Part shown: piece by piece, positions 38,514-48,670 of the stretch
Layout: the number at the start of each line of letters is the position of its first letter
Position numbering within the stretch: the stretch's first letter is position 1
DNA from: an uncultured virus (IMG/VR IMGVR_UViG_3300010282_000326)
Lineage: Duplodnaviria > Heunggongvirae > Uroviricota > Caudoviricetes
Strand: one strand, 5' to 3'
DNA length: 64,000 bases
Virus record (IMG/VR): IMGVR_UViG_3300010282_000326
Program-made: the position numbers and the translations under genes
The notes under the pieces: model-generated
Seen by the model: the letters and a program-made list of their open reading frames with translations, nothing else
Told to the model about the DNA's origin: nothing
The model's database searches: none

Positions 38514-38579
38514 AAGGAGGGTATTATGGCTATTAAAACTGATGGTAAGGAGGGTGCTATGGCTGTTAAAACTGATGGT
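38514..38579 (+). repeat. 33-bp tandem duplication containing an RBS and start codon
   Basis: aaggagggtattATGgctattaaaactgatggt / aaggagggtgctATGgctgttaaaactgatggt. Confidence 0.85.
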
Positions 38580-40106
38580 TCAATGTCATCTAAGATTATC
38601 TATAAAGATTATAGAAAAGCTTATGATTCATTGAGCAAAATGAAGAAGGAAGATTTATTTAGAATGAAGTTAAGGGGCTACGAATTCGATGCACTGCCTT
38701 GGTTATTGAGTTCCATAGGTTTTATGAATTCAGATTCAAAAGCAGGCATCTTTTCAGTCATTTGTGATAAGCACAAGAACTGTAAACCCTTTGTCAAGCT
38801 ACCAGTAAAAGAAAATAAGTTATGGCAGGAAATGCGTATAACTCTACCTGCATATTCAGATTACGGTTTAAGAACATTAAGTATTTATGCCTATGAGTTA
38901 GACCCTAACTGGGTTACAAAGATTATTTTTAACTTTTATATGCAATATATTTCTGATTGCATTTATATTGGTTATAAGATTCCATATCTAACTTTTGCAG
39001 ACTCTGATATCTGTAATACTCAGGCTTTTGGTATTGTTTTAGGTACAGCTTGGGTATTAAAGTTAGTTCCTCAAATCAGAGTAATGAAGGGGGTAGATAT
39101 TAAGAAGTTAAAATTAACTGAAACTCTTGAAATGTTATGCCCAGAATCGAGTATACATTTTAAGTATTTAAGTGGTCAGATTTCTCTTAAAGAAGCACAG
39201 GATGAATATATTAAAGTCAAGGACGGTAGTTGTGTATTAGAAAGAGAACTTATGAGTCTTATAACAGAAGGTGCATATAAAGGTGAAAGTCTTACAGATA
39301 AGGAACACGCTTCTTGTGTAGATTTATATGATATGTTTAAGAGATATGATGATGTTCATATGTTTAATCTAAATATTGCTTATTCTTTCTATTTTGATGG
39401 TAAGTTTGACTTCTTAGTTAATGAGATAGCGGAGTTAAAAGTAAAGCATGATTTAGATGCTAAGGCTATGAAGTCATACGAAGATACTATTAGACGAGTA
39501 AAGGAAAATGTCACCAAACTTGAACATATTGTTCAGGAAAGAGAAGCAAGTATTAAGTCCTTAAATGCTGAAAAGCATAATTATAAATCTGATGAAGATT
39601 TGCTTTCAGAAATTGAAACACTCAAAGAAGAGTTGAGAAAAGAAAAAGAGCGTAGTGCATTATATAATAATGAAAGTTTGGAATTAAAGAGAGTTATTTC
39701 TGGTCAAAAGAAGGAGATAAAGAAACTTCGGTCAAGTCTTGATGCTTTACCAGAGGCTGATAAGGAAATTGTAGAGGAATTTCTTGAGGAAGAAGAAATC
39801 GGCTTTGAAGATGCTCTCGACTTTGTAAAAGATAAATTTATTATTGTTGCAGGCGGATTACATCAGGAAAATATGTTTAATAGGCTTGATGAGTATGGCT
39901 TGAATGTAAAAATAGTACAGAATTCTGTTAAGTTACATGGTAAATGTGATGTAGGTGTAATTTTAACAACTACAGCAACGCATCATTTATCAAATGTATT
40001 AGAAAAATTTGTCAGGGGTACTGACACACCTATTGTATATTACAATGGTACAAATGTTGAAAACTTAGTTATCGAAATTTATAAGGAGTTGATTGAAAAT
40101 GTTTGA
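38526..40106 (+). CDS. Coiled-coil protein with C-terminal DUF2325-like domain
   Basis: Long coiled coil, then IIVAGG...CDVGVILTTTATHHL. Confidence 0.7.
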   Translation: MAIKTDGKEGAMAVKTDGSMSSKIIYKDYRKAYDSLSKMKKEDLFRMKLRGYEFDALPWLLSSIGFMNSDSKAGIFSVICDKHKNCKPFVKLPVKENKLWQEMRITLPAYSDYGLRTLSIYAYELDPNWVTKIIFNFYMQYISDCIYIGYKIPYLTFADSDICNTQAFGIVLGTAWVLKLVPQIRVMKGVDIKKLKLTETLEMLCPESSIHFKYLSGQISLKEAQDEYIKVKDGSCVLERELMSLITEGAYKGESLTDKEHASCVDLYDMFKRYDDVHMFNLNIAYSFYFDGKFDFLVNEIAELKVKHDLDAKAMKSYEDTIRRVKENVTKLEHIVQEREASIKSLNAEKHNYKSDEDLLSEIETLKEELRKEKERSALYNNESLELKRVISGQKKEIKKLRSSLDALPEADKEIVEEFLEEEEIGFEDALDFVKDKFIIVAGGLHQENMFNRLDEYGLNVKIVQNSVKLHGKCDVGVILTTTATHHLSNVLEKFVRGTDTPIVYYNGTNVENLVIEIYKELIENV

Positions 40107-40644
40107 TTTAGAAAAGTATAATACTTATTTAGATAAGTTCTTTGGTATTGAATTAACTGATGGCGAGATATTTTACGGCTCAAATGGCTTAGATGAGGAG
40201 TTTTTTAATAAAGTTAAAACTTCTCTTGACAAAAAGAGTAAATCGAGTATAATAATGCATAGCATTTGGATGGCTATAGTATTCTTGATTCTTGTTAAAA
40301 TAGGTTCAGCAAGCCATGAGTTAGGTTCTTTTTTAGTATTTATTATGTTTGTTGGCTTAGCTATAACGGGGTATGTGTTACTAAAGTATCCGATACATAT
40401 AAGATTACTATTAAAGGATTTTAAGAAGGAAGATTTTGTTTGGTTTCCTGCTTGGATTTACAATTTGCCTTTAGATAAGAGTGCTTTAGACTTTCAGTTA
40501 TGTACTGCACATAGTATGACTTGTGGTATTGAGTTTAATGCTAAAGTAGATTTTGATAAGAAAAAGCTTCTAGATGCTACTAATATTAAGTGTATTGTTT
40601 TTGTAAATGCTAAGGATTATTATGTAGTCATTAAGGAGGAGTAG
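40093..40644 (+). CDS. Membrane protein (2 TM)
   Basis: Two hydrophobic helices. Confidence 0.7.
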   Translation: MKMFDLEKYNTYLDKFFGIELTDGEIFYGSNGLDEEFFNKVKTSLDKKSKSSIIMHSIWMAIVFLILVKIGSASHELGSFLVFIMFVGLAITGYVLLKYPIHIRLLLKDFKKEDFVWFPAWIYNLPLDKSALDFQLCTAHSMTCGIEFNAKVDFDKKKLLDATNIKCIVFVNAKDYYVVIKEE

Positions 40645-40646
40645 CC

Positions 40647-41711
40647 ATGTATTATATTAAGGCAGAAGGAAAAATACCAAAGACTTATGAAGTAGCTGAT
40701 ACTAAAGATGGTGTAACTGAAATCTATACAATACCTCAGTTGTATCATATTGTATATGATTTAGGTATTGAAATACAAGGAGTTTCTTTGAAAGGCATCA
40801 AGCCAGTAAATGCAACAAAAAAGATGGGAACAGGGGTAGTTAAGCGTGTAGACGAGTTACTTCAGCGTTCAATTGCTTCATGTACTCAAGATACATTGCA
40901 TGAAATGGCGAGAGGTCTTAGTTGTGCTAGAGAGTTTAATAAATTGGGTGATAATGTTGAACAGTGCAGAGATTTGATTTATTCAAAGATGATGACTCAA
41001 GGTGTTAAAGATGTTATTAAGAAAGCTTCAAAGTGTTCTAATTCTCTTATTGAGGTAGACATTAATGATATTAATGCTGTAAAGAATGCTTTAAAGAATA
41101 ATGTTTGTCTTATACTTCAGATGAAGACAAAGGGTGGATTAACTGCGTTTACTGGCACAGCGAGTATGAAAGTTTGTGATAATCTTTACAGAGAAGACTT
41201 TGTTGAAACTGCCTTTTTAGCTCAAAGATTATATGAATTAACAACTAATATTGAAAGGATACGACCACAGTTTGATATTAAAAAGGAGAAGAAACCAAAT
41301 TTATTACAAGTAGTTAGTGCTGATATAAGGCTTAGACCAACACGAACAAAGACTGTAGATGTTGGTTTAAAGGAAATCAGTTCTATATTTTATTCTGTTA
41401 ATACAGAAATGTTGCTTGGTTTATTTATATTAGATAATCCAGCGGCAGCAGGAAATACTATAGTTGCAGAATTCTTAGATAAGACAAAGAGACAGCAGCA
41501 GAAATATAAATTTGACTTTGATATGTGGGTTGAAGTATCTAATGCTTTTAGAAATGGTACTAATATCTATAATAATAAAGATGAGTTTGAAAAATATATT
41601 GATGCTACAAAGCTCACAAAGGTAGTTGATGTTACTGAAGCAATGCAACAGTTTGACGATGCATTTGGATATGCTACTTGGTTAAAACAAAATGGCTACA
41701 CCTTTAATTAA
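40647..41711 (+). CDS. Hypothetical protein with N-terminal DTxD module
   Basis: MYYIK...YEVADTKDGVTEIYT...GIEIQGV; SD aaggagg. Confidence 0.8.
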   Translation: MYYIKAEGKIPKTYEVADTKDGVTEIYTIPQLYHIVYDLGIEIQGVSLKGIKPVNATKKMGTGVVKRVDELLQRSIASCTQDTLHEMARGLSCAREFNKLGDNVEQCRDLIYSKMMTQGVKDVIKKASKCSNSLIEVDINDINAVKNALKNNVCLILQMKTKGGLTAFTGTASMKVCDNLYREDFVETAFLAQRLYELTTNIERIRPQFDIKKEKKPNLLQVVSADIRLRPTRTKTVDVGLKEISSIFYSVNTEMLLGLFILDNPAAAGNTIVAEFLDKTKRQQQKYKFDFDMWVEVSNAFRNGTNIYNNKDEFEKYIDATKLTKVVDVTEAMQQFDDAFGYATWLKQNGYTFN

Positions 41712-41721
41712 ATAATAAACT

Positions 41722-41752
41722 GAGGAGTCTACAAAGTTTGTAGACTCTTTTT
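41722..41752 (+). terminator. Intrinsic terminator
   Basis: gaggagtctacaa-agt-ttgtagactcttttt. Confidence 0.8.
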
Positions 41753-41782
41753 GATTTAAGGAATATAGGGTGGTGATGTGTT

Positions 41783-42004
41783 ATGAAATATCATGAAAGA
41801 GAAGTAAAAAGATATGATTTAGGTAATGGTTGGGGTATAGATTGTATTACACATATTGATTTTGGAGAAAAGTCTTATGAGTTAAATGTTGTAATGCTAT
41901 GTGTACCTTGGGAAGAAGTTGTACATAAAGTTAAAGGTTTTACAAAGCCAGAAGAGGCTAATAAAAAATTTAAGGAACTTGTAGAAAGGTATAAAAAGTT
42001 ATGA
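41783..42004 (+). CDS. Hypothetical protein
   Basis: 73-aa ORF with SD ggtg. Confidence 0.65.
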   Translation: MKYHEREVKRYDLGNGWGIDCITHIDFGEKSYELNVVMLCVPWEEVVHKVKGFTKPEEANKKFKELVERYKKL

Positions 42005-42174
42005 GAAGCACTTGTTTAAATTGTAAGAAAAGGTATGTAGGTTGTCATGGCACTTGCAAAGATTATATTGAAGCTAAGGCTGAGCACGATAAGCAACAGT
42101 TAGCTTATAAGAAGCAACAATATTTGAATAATTTATTTTATGATTCACGCAGGAGAAGATATGCAAGTTCTTGA
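42001..42174 (+). CDS. Small Cys/His-rich protein (57 aa, below the ORF-track cutoff)
   Basis: Hand translation MRSTCLNCKKRYVGCHGTCKDY...RRRRYASS*; ATGA overlap with the upstream stop. Confidence 0.7.
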   Translation: MRSTCLNCKKRYVGCHGTCKDYIEAKAEHDKQQLAYKKQQYLNNLFYDSRRRRYASS

Positions 42175-42240
42175 TATTTGCTTAACTTTTTTAAAGTTTT
42201 ATGGTATAATATTATTATAAATTTTTTGGAGGTATTAAAG

Positions 42241-42615
42241 ATGGTTGAAAAAATCTATAAGTACAGTTTAAACTCGGATGGTGAGTTAATTGAGGAAGAA
42301 CTTGAAACACTACCTACAAGGTCGAGTTTTAAGGTAAGAATAGCATCAGGGTATATTGACATTAGTCGAATAAATGGTAGAAAGTTCACTTCAAGAAATG
42401 GAGAAGAAGTACTAACAAGTAATGTAGTTTGCCAAAGTAGACGAGGTGATTTTCATTATTATAGTGTAGTTAAAGATAGAAATGAAGCTCTAAAGGCACT
42501 TAAAATTTATCTTGAAGTTAAACTTTCTGAGTATGAAAGAACGATTAATGAAACTACTAAGAAGTATGAAGATATGAGAGACCTTTATGATAATGTAGTA
42601 GATGTTAATTATTAA
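42241..42615 (+). CDS. Hypothetical protein
   Basis: SD ggaggt before ATG 42241; extended -10 tggtataat at 42202-42210. Confidence 0.7.
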   Translation: MVEKIYKYSLNSDGELIEEELETLPTRSSFKVRIASGYIDISRINGRKFTSRNGEEVLTSNVVCQSRRGDFHYYSVVKDRNEALKALKIYLEVKLSEYERTINETTKKYEDMRDLYDNVVDVNY

Positions 42616-42617
42616 AT

Positions 42618-42959
42618 TTGGAGGGTACTATAGAAGATATTAAAAATTTTTATTTAGTTGATTGTGATAGTGTTGGTCAAGATGTTGTAGTGCCAATTCA
42701 CGATAAAGATTTCATAGTTATATACTTTACTTCAAATCGTAATGATTTAAGGATAACAGACTTTGTTAGAGAGTATGTTCAGATATATCCTCTTGCTAAG
42801 TTTGATATGGTTTCTATAATCAATCTTGAACTTGGTAGATTATTGGAAAAGCATGGAGTTAAGCCTAACTACTATATAGTTAGTTGTAATAAGTCTTTTG
42901 ATATTGTAAGTAAGTATTGTGCAGAGGGGAATTTTAAAGTTTCGAGAATGGAGATATGA
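42618..42959 (+). CDS. Hypothetical protein, weak PIN/NYN-like pattern
   Basis: FYLVDCDSV...KFDMV...YIVSCNKSFD. Confidence 0.55.
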   Translation: MEGTIEDIKNFYLVDCDSVGQDVVVPIHDKDFIVIYFTSNRNDLRITDFVREYVQIYPLAKFDMVSIINLELGRLLEKHGVKPNYYIVSCNKSFDIVSKYCAEGNFKVSRMEI

Positions 42960-43288
42960 TTATGGCAAATTTGCTATACGGCTACAGTTTTGATGATAGC
43001 ACTAATAAGATTGAAATTAAGGCTTTCATAAGTAAAGAAGTTAATAGGGGCTATCAGGAAAAGTTCTTTTTGAAGGAAGATAGGTATCACTCAAGAAGTG
43101 TTCCAAAGGAGTACTTAAACAGAGTGTACAGGGGTACTTATTATTCAAGTAGTAATTTGGCTTTAGAAGAGGCTAAAGAAGCACTTATTAAGTATTATAG
43201 TGAAAAATTAAATAGTTATTTATCTCAGGCTGAAAAGCACGAGATATGTTGGGTAAACTGGAGGTTGAAGAGTGACAATCGAAAATAA
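42956..43288 (+). CDS. Hypothetical protein, weakly similar to the 42241 product
   Basis: Both have KY/GYS...E at the start and YYS....EA..AL..Y...KL..Y. Confidence 0.6.
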   Translation: MIMANLLYGYSFDDSTNKIEIKAFISKEVNRGYQEKFFLKEDRYHSRSVPKEYLNRVYRGTYYSSSNLALEEAKEALIKYYSEKLNSYLSQAEKHEICWVNWRLKSDNRK

Positions 43289-43715
43289 GCGAGCAAGTTT
43301 TAATTATTTTATAGAAGATACTCTTGAGTGCGGAATCAGTCTTAGGGGTAATGAAGTCAAGAGTATTAGAAGTGGAATGTGTAATATAAAGGAGTCTTGG
43401 ATAACTATTCAAGATGGTAATCTTGTTATGAGAGGTTGCCATATAACTAAATGGGAGACTTCAAATATTTTTGATATCGATGAAAGAAGAGAAAGACAGC
43501 TTTTAGCACATAAGAAAGAAATTGTAAAGTTACAAAACTTTGTGCAGGAGAGTGGTCATGCTTTAATACCATTAAAGTTATATTTTGTAAATGGTAGAGT
43601 TAAAGTTCTTGTTGGTTTATGTGTTGGAAAGCACAATTATGATAAGCGTGAGAGTATCAAGAAGAAAGATGCAAAGCGTGATATTGAACGAGCATTAAAA
43701 GAAAGGAATAAATAA
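43272..43715 (+). CDS. smpB: SsrA-binding protein SmpB
   Basis: ENKRASFNYFIEDTLECGISLRGNEVKSIR...RQLLAHKKEI...GKHNYDKRESIK. Confidence 0.96.
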   Translation: MTIENKRASFNYFIEDTLECGISLRGNEVKSIRSGMCNIKESWITIQDGNLVMRGCHITKWETSNIFDIDERRERQLLAHKKEIVKLQNFVQESGHALIPLKLYFVNGRVKVLVGLCVGKHNYDKRESIKKKDAKRDIERALKERNK

Positions 43716-44005
43716 TGGACAAGACATCAAAACTTATTATAGGCTTTATGTCTATTCTGATTCTTGGTTTACTTGTTTTATCTATACATTATATGACAAA
43801 GGCAGAGGTAGCACCAAAAGAGGATAGGTTTGTAGTTATTGAAACTCAAACTCAAGTAGTTGGAGGTTATGAAATAATGTATGACAGAGAAACAGGAGTA
43901 GAATATGTTGTAATGACTAGGACAGATAAAATGGCTATGAGCCCATTATATGATAAAGATGGTAATGTTATGATTTATAATGAGGAGACTAAGGATGAAA
44001 ATTAA
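43715..44005 (+). CDS. DUF6440-like membrane-anchored protein
   Basis: N-terminal TM; RF...YDRETGVEYV...SPLYDKDG. Confidence 0.7.
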   Translation: MDKTSKLIIGFMSILILGLLVLSIHYMTKAEVAPKEDRFVVIETQTQVVGGYEIMYDRETGVEYVVMTRTDKMAMSPLYDKDGNVMIYNEETKDEN

Positions 44006-44351
44006 AGGCTATTCTATTTATGAAGTTATTATTGTATTTGTTTTAATAGCATTAGTTATTGGGTTAGGTGCTATTATTTTTTCAAAAGATATTGACGCAG
44101 ATGCTGGAGAATCTACACCTTATATCATTACAGTTTATGGGGCAAATAGTCGTAGTGATGTAAATGTAGATGTTTTATCTTGTGATGATATTTATTATAG
44201 ATATTCAGGTAGATGTGTAGAATATCATACTACACCAGACTATGCATTTGATTTCAGTGTTTCTCAAGGAACATTGTTTATTACATATAAGAATAGTGGT
44301 AAAGTTGAAGTTTTTACGAATTTTCAGATTAAAAGAAAGGATGAAAAATAA
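43995..44351 (+). CDS. Membrane-anchored protein with prepilin-like N-terminus
   Basis: KGYSIYEVIIVFVLIALVIG resembles the G|FTLIE type III signal. Confidence 0.6.
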   Translation: MKIKGYSIYEVIIVFVLIALVIGLGAIIFSKDIDADAGESTPYIITVYGANSRSDVNVDVLSCDDIYYRYSGRCVEYHTTPDYAFDFSVSQGTLFITYKNSGKVEVFTNFQIKRKDEK

Positions 44352-44752
44352 TGGGAGAATTGTGTAATTGTAGATATTGTGCATCAGATAATGTTAATTT
44401 GGTTACAAAGATTTATGGAAAAGGTTTTAAGGAGTATTTTGTAAGATGTGGAAACTGCTATGCAACAGGGGGTAGAACTGTTACTGAAGCAGATGCTATT
44501 GATAGTTGGAATAGAATAAATACTGAAGAGTCAGACCTTGTAAAGTTTAAGAAGATGTTAGATTCTTCAGAGTTCAGTAGCACTTATACTTCTAAGAAAG
44601 ATAAATTAGCTTATGATGGTGATATCTTAGATATTGAGAATATCATCATACCTAATGATGAACGAAATTTAAGTGCTATTGAGGCTGTTTTCTTAACAAG
44701 TTCAGAAGAGTTTTTAGGGTTTAGAATAGGTAAAATAAAGGAGAAAAAATGA
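44351..44752 (+). CDS. Lar (restriction alleviation)-like zinc finger protein
   Basis: ELCNCRYC...YFVRCGNC...EADAIDSWNR. Confidence 0.7.
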   Translation: MGELCNCRYCASDNVNLVTKIYGKGFKEYFVRCGNCYATGGRTVTEADAIDSWNRINTEESDLVKFKKMLDSSEFSSTYTSKKDKLAYDGDILDIENIIIPNDERNLSAIEAVFLTSSEEFLGFRIGKIKEKK

Positions 44753-45267
44753 TAAACTTTTTTTATGTAATAGGTGGTGTTTTTGCTCTATTTTTAATAT
44801 GTAAGATTATTTACAAATTCACGCAATTTAAGATAGTAAATTATATCAGTTTCTTTTTTGCGATTATCTTAACAATTTGTCTTGTATTTACAGCCACTGT
44901 AACTACTGCACCAGATGATGTTTTGGAAAAAATGATTACTGTAGAAGCACCAGATAAGGAAGTTGATAGGTCAGGTTCTATGTATTTATCAAGCGGAAGT
45001 GGAATACATTTATCTAATGAGTTTTACTTTAGTACTGATACAGATAAGAAAGAGCTTGGCGAATATCTTAACAAATGTTCAAGAGATGTTAATTTAGCCA
45101 TTAAGAAAGGTGATAATTATCTATATTCTAAAAATCTTGGTAGGATAAATGGTTCTTATGCTGAGAAACTAATTGAACAGTATGATAGATGGCAGGAAAC
45201 TGGTTTAATTCCTACAGATAAGGTTCGATATAAATTTTTAATATTTTATCTTGATTTTAATTTTTAG
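44749..45267 (+). CDS. Membrane protein
   Basis: Two N-terminal TM helices. Confidence 0.7.
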   Translation: MINFFYVIGGVFALFLICKIIYKFTQFKIVNYISFFFAIILTICLVFTATVTTAPDDVLEKMITVEAPDKEVDRSGSMYLSSGSGIHLSNEFYFSTDTDKKELGEYLNKCSRDVNLAIKKGDNYLYSKNLGRINGSYAEKLIEQYDRWQETGLIPTDKVRYKFLIFYLDFNF

Positions 45268-45346
45268 AAATGAATAATGTCTTAGTTGATATTATTCATT
45301 TTTAATTTTGTCTTAATCTTTTATCTGAGTTAAGGAGGTATGAAAA

Positions 45347-45733
45347 ATGGCTTGGCAGGATGTATTTAATAGCATTATAGGTAGTAATTCTTTTCATAAA
45401 GTTCCTGCACTTGTAGCGAATATGGCTAGGGATTATAATTGCTATGATTGTATTCGATTAGGAAAATTACCATATCCAGTTTTATATGATATAGTTCCAG
45501 AGGCGATGATGAATTTGGCTCAGGTAAATCTTTCTATTGATTGGTTGTGGCAATATGAAATAAAGGGTATAATTATTGCAGACAGTAGTACAGCATTAAT
45601 GAGAACACTTATAGCATTTCTAAAGAATTCTAGTTACACTGTAAGTATTTCACCAATTGAGAAGATGGTTAAAACTACATATAGTGAAGAAGTATTTGTA
45701 GGTTTAGTTTTGAAGTTTAGAAAGAAGAAATAA
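45347..45733 (+). CDS. Hypothetical protein
   Basis: SD aaggaggt. Confidence 0.75.
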   Translation: MAWQDVFNSIIGSNSFHKVPALVANMARDYNCYDCIRLGKLPYPVLYDIVPEAMMNLAQVNLSIDWLWQYEIKGIIIADSSTALMRTLIAFLKNSSYTVSISPIEKMVKTTYSEEVFVGLVLKFRKKK

Positions 45734-45735
45734 AT

Positions 45736-46347
45736 ATGAAAATGCTAGTTAAAATTGGCTTTTGGTTTTATATGCTAATTAGTGTTAGTTTAGATGTACC
45801 TTTAATAATGCAGTTGCCAGATTATCCTACTGGTTGTGAAAGCGTTGCAGCAGTTATGGTTTTGCAATATTATGGTTTTGATATTGATTGCGAGACATTT
45901 ATAACTGAGTATTTAGATACAACAAATGAAGTATATGATGGTGTTATGGATGACTATTTTTTAGGAAACCCAAAGAGTTCAGGTGGTTGGGCTTGTAATC
46001 CATCAGTTATATGTAATGCAGTTAATAAATATTTTCAAAAGATAGATGAAAAAGAGTTAAGTGCGTATGACTTAACTGGGACAGACTTTAATCTTCTTAT
46101 GTATGAGGTTGCAGATGAGCATCCAGTGTTAATATGGGTTACTATCGATTATGTAGAACCATATCTAAAAGAGGGAAGTTGGGGTAGTCACTATAATCCA
46201 AGTCATACTGTAGTGTTAAAGGGATTCAATAAAGATACAAATGAAGTATATATAAATGACTCTTTGAAAGGCGATATTACTTTACCTTATAATGATGTGA
46301 AGAATATTTATGATAAGGTTGGTAAAAAGAGTTTAGTCATTAAGTAG
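45736..46347 (+). CDS. C39-like cysteine peptidase
   Basis: LDVPLIMQ...PTGCESVAAVMVLQY; SHTVVLKG; VYINDS. Confidence 0.88.
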   Translation: MKMLVKIGFWFYMLISVSLDVPLIMQLPDYPTGCESVAAVMVLQYYGFDIDCETFITEYLDTTNEVYDGVMDDYFLGNPKSSGGWACNPSVICNAVNKYFQKIDEKELSAYDLTGTDFNLLMYEVADEHPVLIWVTIDYVEPYLKEGSWGSHYNPSHTVVLKGFNKDTNEVYINDSLKGDITLPYNDVKNIYDKVGKKSLVIK

Positions 46348-46352
46348 AAAGG

Positions 46353-48647
46353 GTGCAAATTATGGCAGAGGCATTAGAACTTTTAGTAATTTCAAGAATA
46401 ATGAGTACTGATGGTAAGGTATTAAAAGGTTTCTTAGTTGCTTATCCAGATGGTAGAACCAGAGCACTTAGTATGGATATGATTGCACAAGCAGGTGAGA
46501 AAGCAGTTTATACTAATGCAGTTTATGATAAGACTTGGAAGACTCTTGTTGGTACAGAGGGAGACCTTGTAGGTTATCCAAAAATAAGCGAAAACTTTGG
46601 GGTACTTGATGAGGGTGGTTTAACAGTTCAGTATACTGTTTTAGATAGTGTAAATAATAATCCAGTAGGTGTTATTGCTTATAATGGTCTTGGTCAGAAA
46701 TATACTTTATCTTACAGTAAGTTAATAAATTATATGAAGACTTATAAGGCTACAAATTTCAAAATAGTCAATAAGAGCGGGGTAGGTTCTATCGCAGTTA
46801 GAACTAATGATAAGCCTTTCCCAACAATAACTATGTTAATTCAAAAGAATAAGGGTAGTTATAGGTCTGGAGAAGGCGAGAAAAAACCTACAGTATTAGT
46901 TGAGCCAGAAGACCCAACAAAGTTACCTACTGTTGTTACATATTCGTTTGATGAAATCAGAAATTCAGAATTTAAGAATTCAGCTGATGAAAAATTATTG
47001 AAGGCACAAATAAATTTAAAGAAGTTGTGTCCTTATTATTTTACGATATTTGCTTCTATAAAGAAGTTTCCATCTTTAGGTTTAGGTACTCTTGGTGTTA
47101 CTGAAGATTCTTTATATTATGATTTATCTTTTATAGCAAGTATGCCAGTTGAAGAATTAACTTTCATACTTATTCATGAAATGAGTCATATAATGATGTT
47201 ACATCCTTTAAGAAAGAGAAATCGTGACCATGCTCTTTGGAATATTGCAACTGATATGTATATAAATACATCAATTTGTAATGATTTTGATATAAGTTTA
47301 GGTAGTGGTAAAGTAGCAGAGATTGATGGTGGTAGGATTAAATGTCCAGATTTTGGTGTTTTTCCAGAGACCCAAGGTATTGTATTAGATCTTTCAACTT
47401 GTACTCCAGAAAGTATTTACAATGAATTAGTAAAGGAAAATCCTAATGGAGCACAATTTACAAATCAGAAAGGTCAGGGACAACAAGGTCAGCAAGGTCA
47501 GCAAGGTCAAGGACAACAAAATCAGCAAGGTCAACAGGGACAGCAGAATCAGCAAGGACAACAAGGTCAGCAAGGTCAAGGACAGCAAGGGCAAAGTCAA
47601 CAAGGTCAGCAAGGCAATCAGCAAGGACAGGTGAATGGACAGTCATCTCAAGGTGGTCAGTCTGGTCAAGATAATCAGCAAGGTTCACAACAAGGAAATA
47701 ATGGTCAGTCACAACAGCAACAGAACCAAAATGGTTCTAATTCTTCAGACCCATTTGGTCAGTCACCACAGCAACAAATGCAAGCTCATGGGGTAGATAC
47801 TTTAGGTGATAGTATAAAAGATGGTGATGAGGTTACTGTAACCTTTAGAGGTAAGAAATTTAAGGTTAAGTTAAATAAGGATATTATGTCAAACCATAAA
47901 GAGAGTGAGCAGAGTAATCAAACTCAAAATCAGAGACTTGAAGAAGCAAAGCAAGCTCTACAAAGGGCAATGACTAAGGTTAAAATGGAAGAAGAAAAAT
48001 CTGGTGAAAGATTAAGTAGAAAGCCAGGTGAGGCAGGTTATGGTTTACAGAGACAAATAGAATTTGGTTTATCTACAAGTGTAAACTGGAAAACTATTTT
48101 GAAGAATGTTTGTAAAAAAGAGCCTAAGAAAACATTTACTTTAGCAAATCCTAATGAAGATTATATGAATATGGGTATGACTGTTGCAGGTAGACGAAAA
48201 ATTGGTAAACCTACCGCACTTGATGGTATTAAGATTGCTATTGATGTTTCAGGTTCGGTTTCAAAAGCAGAACTAGATGGATACCTGTCAGAAATAACTA
48301 ATATTTTTAGGCATTTTAAAGTTGATGGTGAATTGATATATTGGAGTACAGAGATAGGTGATGTAGGTAAATTTAGTTCTCTGAAAGATATGTTAAAGGT
48401 TAAGCCAAGGTCAACAGGGGGTACAGATGTTAAATGTGTATTCCAGTATCTAACAGGTGAGATTGATGTTAATGGTGTTAAGGAAAAGACTAAGCCGAGG
48501 GATATAAGTTGTATATTAATATTTACTGATGGTTGCTTTAGTCAAAATTATGCCGAATATAAGGCTTTAGGTAAAAAAGTCTTTTGGTTAATTACTGAAA
48601 ATGCTATTAACTTTAACCCACCTTTTGGTAAAGTTATAGAAGTTTAA
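46353..48647 (+). CDS. DUF2201-like metallopeptidase/vWA protein with Q/G-rich linker and N-terminal repeats
   Basis: ILIHEMSH (HExxH), WNIATDMYIN; vWA MIDAS IDVSGSVS, GGTD, IFTDG. Confidence 0.88.
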   Translation: MQIMAEALELLVISRIMSTDGKVLKGFLVAYPDGRTRALSMDMIAQAGEKAVYTNAVYDKTWKTLVGTEGDLVGYPKISENFGVLDEGGLTVQYTVLDSVNNNPVGVIAYNGLGQKYTLSYSKLINYMKTYKATNFKIVNKSGVGSIAVRTNDKPFPTITMLIQKNKGSYRSGEGEKKPTVLVEPEDPTKLPTVVTYSFDEIRNSEFKNSADEKLLKAQINLKKLCPYYFTIFASIKKFPSLGLGTLGVTEDSLYYDLSFIASMPVEELTFILIHEMSHIMMLHPLRKRNRDHALWNIATDMYINTSICNDFDISLGSGKVAEIDGGRIKCPDFGVFPETQGIVLDLSTCTPESIYNELVKENPNGAQFTNQKGQGQQGQQGQQGQGQQNQQGQQGQQNQQGQQGQQGQGQQGQSQQGQQGNQQGQVNGQSSQGGQSGQDNQQGSQQGNNGQSQQQQNQNGSNSSDPFGQSPQQQMQAHGVDTLGDSIKDGDEVTVTFRGKKFKVKLNKDIMSNHKESEQSNQTQNQRLEEAKQALQRAMTKVKMEEEKSGERLSRKPGEAGYGLQRQIEFGLSTSVNWKTILKNVCKKEPKKTFTLANPNEDYMNMGMTVAGRRKIGKPTALDGIKIAIDVSGSVSKAELDGYLSEITNIFRHFKVDGELIYWSTEIGDVGKFSSLKDMLKVKPRSTGGTDVKCVFQYLTGEIDVNGVKEKTKPRDISCILIFTDGCFSQNYAEYKALGKKVFWLITENAINFNPPFGKVIEV
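47470..47780 (+). repeat. Low-complexity coding repeat (QQG)n
   Basis: Imperfect 9-bp units cagcaaggt/caacaagga. Confidence 0.85.
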
Positions 48648-48670
48648 TATAAGAAAGTGAGGATGACAAA

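Noticed and set aside
36787..38525. CRISPR array in the long intergenic region
   Set aside because: No series of identical repeats with unique spacers; only two imperfect ~85-nt copies, and no cas genes.
47470..47780. Non-coding repeat array or DGR variable region
   Set aside because: In-frame degenerate codons for a Gln/Gly linker; no reverse transcriptase or template/variable repeat pair.
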